A DNA stretch of 64,000 bases from an uncultured bacterium. Its GTDB lineage: Bacteria > Patescibacteriota > Minisyncoccia > Phycocordibacterales > GWA1-40-21. Position 1 is the first letter of the stretch. Each line of letters opens with the position of its first letter. The DNA lies in assembly GCA_903831305.1 (NCBI GenBank), contig CAIKXE010000005.1:11288-75287 (forward strand). The letters are read 5' to 3'. A program made the position numbers and the translations under genes. Below are positions 60,748 to 64,000 of the stretch, one piece after another. Below the pieces are notes generated by a model. It saw nothing but the letters and a program-made list of their open reading frames with translations, had not been told where the DNA came from and searched no databases.

Positions 60748-61276
60748 CTAGCAAAAACATAACCATGTTTTGCAAGGTTAAAATTTTTGTGTGTCGGGTG
60801 AGTATTGGGGTGAGACCCAATATGCAAGACTTCGAGTATTTTATAGTCAAAAAGCGAGAAGTGTACAGATCCTGTAAGGATGGAACATGAGTACATTTCT
60901 CGGTTCTTACAGAACCAGTATCCCTTTCCCATTTACTCACAATATGAATTGCTCGTAAATATGAGAGAAGGGCTTCGAGTCCAACCACGCAAGCAATTCA
61001 GATTGCTTGCTCGGCGCACATAATTGTCAAGCAATTTGTGGTCACCCATAATTTTTTGCTGAAAATTTGCGCTACCCCGACTCGCGCCGCCGCGCTACGT
61101 CTCGCACACAGTAAAAGAAAAACACCTAAAAAGTAATAGGTGCTTTTCATATATTTACTGTGTGCGGAGTACTGGACGATGTTAGAACTGAACTAATGAA
61201 AAATAAAGTGATTCCGTATATACCCAACCTACTATTATGGTTTGAAAAACAAAAGTTAATTTACCCCACACCCTAG
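60748..61276. repeat. junction element copy 2 (with two extra structured inserts)
   Basis: Shares GTCGGGT, AACATGAGTACATTTCTCG, TTCGAGTCCAAC and TGTGCGGAGTACTGGA with copy 1. Confidence 0.88.
61160..61276 (+). pseudogene. ATG-less conserved reading frame, copy 2
   Basis: VCGVLDDVRTELMKNKVIPYIPNLLLWFEKQKLIYPTP*. Confidence 0.55.
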
Positions 61277-61293
61277 GACACTATATATTTTAA

Positions 61294-62523
61294 CTAAACC
61301 AAGGGATACTTCCCTTCTAATAAATTAGCTGTTACTAGTTTTAAATTACCAAGAATATTTTTTGCTGTTTCCTCAGCTTTTATCATATCAATTTTTTCTG
61401 TTGTATTTATTACAACTACCCAAGGATCTTCCAGTGGTCTGTCTATCTGACTAGAAATATATACTTCGCAAGGCACCTTTTGTTCTTCCCAAATCTTATT
61501 GGCAATATCTAACGCTGCAACAGAATAAATTTTACCTGCATGATATGAAGGATTCTTTCCACTTAAACCCTCTACACTGAACGGTCGTCTAGAAGATATT
61601 ACACCACCAAGCCTATTACCTCTACTAACCTGCCCTTCATCACCAGATTCAATACAAGAACCTGTTAATCTTAAATATAGCATCTCTTTATCAGTGTTAT
61701 CTCCTGGATTTAATGTAATTCTAACTTCCTTAAAATTATACTTTTCTTTTATTAGATCATTCACAATTTTAAGTGTAGTCTGATAATTATCTTTATACTC
61801 ATCAACAGAGTTTACACGTGAAGATAGTTGTGGAATTGAAATTGTTAAATCAACTTCATCTTTATGTCTAAAACCCATTATTTTACAATCAGCACCCATC
61901 CAAGGATACTTAATCCAGGCATCATCTGACGTTAACATTTGTTCAATATCTAAAATCATTTGTTCTAGTTTCGTAAAAGGCGCCCACCCACAACCTACAG
62001 CTGTATCATTAGATATTGGCCTAGTAGCTTCTGGTAGGTCTTTTATAGATCTTGGATGAAATCTGTTATGAATAGCAGAATTACCTTTATTTTCATTATC
62101 AATCATACCCCTGGTACTATTTGAAGTAACCTCCCACATAACCCTACAATCAGTTGAGAACCTAAAATTTCTAAGTTCTTTTTCTAAGAAATCAGAAGCG
62201 GTTTTAATTAACAATTCCTTAACATCTATTATTTCGTCACCAAACTTTGAAGTAACCCTACCATTAATAAGAAGCCGGACCGGTTCCTTAAAATTACCCC
62301 CGCCAAAACGAACATCGCACTTACCACCCATCAATGAAAGTTTATCGAACTGATGCCTTAAAACTACACCGTACTTATTTAGTGTATGTTTACTATATGT
62401 TCTTGAAAGTAATTCCGCCAAATGGTCAGATAGAGTGTCTGGGTGACCTCTACCTTTTCTTTCAGTAATTTCAAAATCACATACTCCAACACCTATTAAT
62501 TCTTTTGTTATGTTTATTTTCAT
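61294..62523 (-). CDS. archaeal-type S-adenosylmethionine synthetase
   Basis: ERKGRGHPDTLSD, SNDTAVG, G.DCKIM, ESGDEGQVSRGNR, GKNPSYHAGKIY. Confidence 0.88.
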   Translation of the reverse strand: MKINITKELIGVGVCDFEITERKGRGHPDTLSDHLAELLSRTYSKHTLNKYGVVLRHQFDKLSLMGGKCDVRFGGGNFKEPVRLLINGRVTSKFGDEIIDVKELLIKTASDFLEKELRNFRFSTDCRVMWEVTSNSTRGMIDNENKGNSAIHNRFHPRSIKDLPEATRPISNDTAVGCGWAPFTKLEQMILDIEQMLTSDDAWIKYPWMGADCKIMGFRHKDEVDLTISIPQLSSRVNSVDEYKDNYQTTLKIVNDLIKEKYNFKEVRITLNPGDNTDKEMLYLRLTGSCIESGDEGQVSRGNRLGGVISSRRPFSVEGLSGKNPSYHAGKIYSVAALDIANKIWEEQKVPCEVYISSQIDRPLEDPWVVVINTTEKIDMIKAEETAKNILGNLKLVTANLLEGKYPLV

Positions 62524-63557
62524 ATTTTAATTAATTTAGACCTTTCAGATTCTACTAAATCAAGAACTATTATCTTCTGTTTATCGGTAATTTGCTTTTG
62601 TTTTGTATCTGAATCAGATATAAAAACCCTTTTTTCTTTTAGGTCCTTTGAGTATAAGTCGGAAACCTTTAAGACATTCCCTTTCTCCTCCTTAGATAGC
62701 TCAATATTCCATAATACTCTAATTATATCAAAAAAATCTGTCTTTATTTTGCAATAATCCAAAAATCTTGTTTGACTAGAATGATATTTTCTAGCATTAA
62801 TACAAAATATCCCCAATAACCTAGAGCAGAATTCTGATAAAGACATATTAATTATTTGATCTGAATCAATGTTTAGTATACCAGAAAAATAATTTGAATA
62901 TAATTTTTTACTTCTAAGCCAACCGGGTGGCCTTTCTATAACTGAGGCTAATACTTCTATGCCGTTTCTATGAATAAATAACCAGGGAACCTTCTCATAA
63001 CAATCTGGAATTAAATTTATAAATAAAATGTTCCAGCTTCGGAACTTAATAATAGTCTTTTTTGAAGTTATAGGTGCACAGGAATCAAGAACACCAAAAC
63101 ACGTCTTCAACAAAGACTTTTTAGTATCTGGATCTATATTTACTGCAGGATCTAAAATAGCATTAATAATAGTAGGTTCTGATAACACAAAAAAATTATC
63201 TGAGACTCCGAGCATCTGTGTAAATAATGTAGAACCACATCTAGACATATGAAAAATAAAACCTAATCTTTCCGCTAGTCTAGGATTCAGCAAATATTCC
63301 TTATACTGATTAATGAAATCCTTAATCGGAGTGTATACGACATTATTATCTGCTTCGTCGAAATATAGCGGCCTAGACAATAATTCATCCTCTCCTGGTA
63401 ATTTTACCTGTGATTCTAATATATTAAATTTTTTCACTAACGAATCAATAAAGAATGGTTCCTTAAAATAACTTCTAGAAAGTTTAAAAGAAACAACATT
63501 AATTACAGAATTAACTTCCCTTAAGGTAACCGGTAATTCTATAATGTCATCTCTCAT
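62520..63557 (-). CDS. sulfotransferase-fold protein
   Basis: FIFHMSRCGSTL (5'-PSB-like loop) and RNGIEVLAS (R-x7-S). Confidence 0.7.
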   Translation of the reverse strand: MRDDIIELPVTLREVNSVINVVSFKLSRSYFKEPFFIDSLVKKFNILESQVKLPGEDELLSRPLYFDEADNNVVYTPIKDFINQYKEYLLNPRLAERLGFIFHMSRCGSTLFTQMLGVSDNFFVLSEPTIINAILDPAVNIDPDTKKSLLKTCFGVLDSCAPITSKKTIIKFRSWNILFINLIPDCYEKVPWLFIHRNGIEVLASVIERPPGWLRSKKLYSNYFSGILNIDSDQIINMSLSEFCSRLLGIFCINARKYHSSQTRFLDYCKIKTDFFDIIRVLWNIELSKEEKGNVLKVSDLYSKDLKEKRVFISDSDTKQKQITDKQKIIVLDLVESERSKLIKI

Positions 63558-63559
63558 AT

Positions 63560-64000
63560 TTATTTTTTATTAATAATTTCCAGTAAATTTGCTTTTAAAA
63601 AAATATCAGGGAGTTTGAGCTGGTCCTGCAAACCCAAAGATCGAGCTATTCCATTTATAATTCTGACAAAATTGATACCTCGTTTAAGGTATTCCTTATC
63701 ATCTGAAGTCAAATTAATATTTTTTGAAATCTTTTCACTCAACCCTTTTATGATTTGAAATATTGGTTCCGGCGAATTTGGTAAAGCATCTACCAATAAA
63801 AAATCCCAAACTCCATTTTCTTGTGAAAATAAAACATTATCTTCTCCAGCTAAAGCTAAAATTTGTCCGGTTCTCTCAGCATATTCAATTGCGTTTTTTA
63901 CAAAAAGTTCTAATTGTTCCCTAAGTTGATTATCAGTTTCAGCCATTGTTATCAGATTAGACAATGATTTATTCCTTGAACAATCTTGAAGATCAAGGAA
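63560..64000 (-). CDS. hypothetical protein, 5' end outside window
   Basis: Frame open to the window edge; LAGEDNVL..LVD is weakly kinase-like. Confidence 0.6.
   Translation of the reverse strand, partial: FLDLQDCSRNKSLSNLITMAETDNQLREQLELFVKNAIEYAERTGQILALAGEDNVLFSQENGVWDFLLVDALPNSPEPIFQIIKGLSEKISKNINLTSDDKEYLKRGINFVRIINGIARSLGLQDQLKLPDIFLKANLLEIINKK

Noticed and set aside
60693-60932. 80-aa N-terminal extension of the P-type ATPase in the ORF track
   Set aside because: Overlaps the structured repeat. A -10 box and a typical N-terminus support the start at 60692.
57149-61020. Intact tRNA or tmRNA genes at the TTCGAGTCC motifs
   Set aside because: No D arm or anticodon arm, a hairpin interrupts the T-stem/acceptor junction, and there is no tag frame.

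Overview
64 kb of a small-genome bacterial chromosome. Gene content, short intergenic spaces and leaderless-type starts point to Patescibacteria/Parcubacteria (inference). The backbone is housekeeping: aspS-scpAB-dac-mraY-ftsW-murG-gltX, rpmA/rplI, cysS, alr, khpA/rpsP/rnr, dinB, smc-rnc-nusB-rpmF, rnhB, trmD and a complete F1Fo atp operon. Accessory parts are a CsoR-CopA copper operon, a DUF262/DUF1524 nuclease, a giant DUF2341/LamG/FN3 surface protein and an AT-rich island after the atp operon. No rRNA, intact tRNA, CRISPR-cas locus, integrase or transposase was seen. The most striking unexplained signals are non-coding. (1) Two homologous junction elements (57.1-57.45 kb and 60.75-61.28 kb) delimit gene blocks in the island. 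Each has a ~100-nt core with about a dozen compensatory base pairs, tRNA-3'-end-like ends and a conserved 38-42 aa reading frame with no ATG start, suggesting a recombinase-driven cassette array. (2) Palindromic elements with a conserved core but copy-specific inverted arms, one inserted in frame in alr (related cases in trmD and rnhB). (3) A promoter-to-terminator ncRNA candidate with a CU-rich loop at 11.14-11.33 kb. (4) Two small HTH genes (ArsR, PaaX/Cas2-like), each bracketed by copies of its own palindrome. All alignments and folds were read by eye and no database searches were run.
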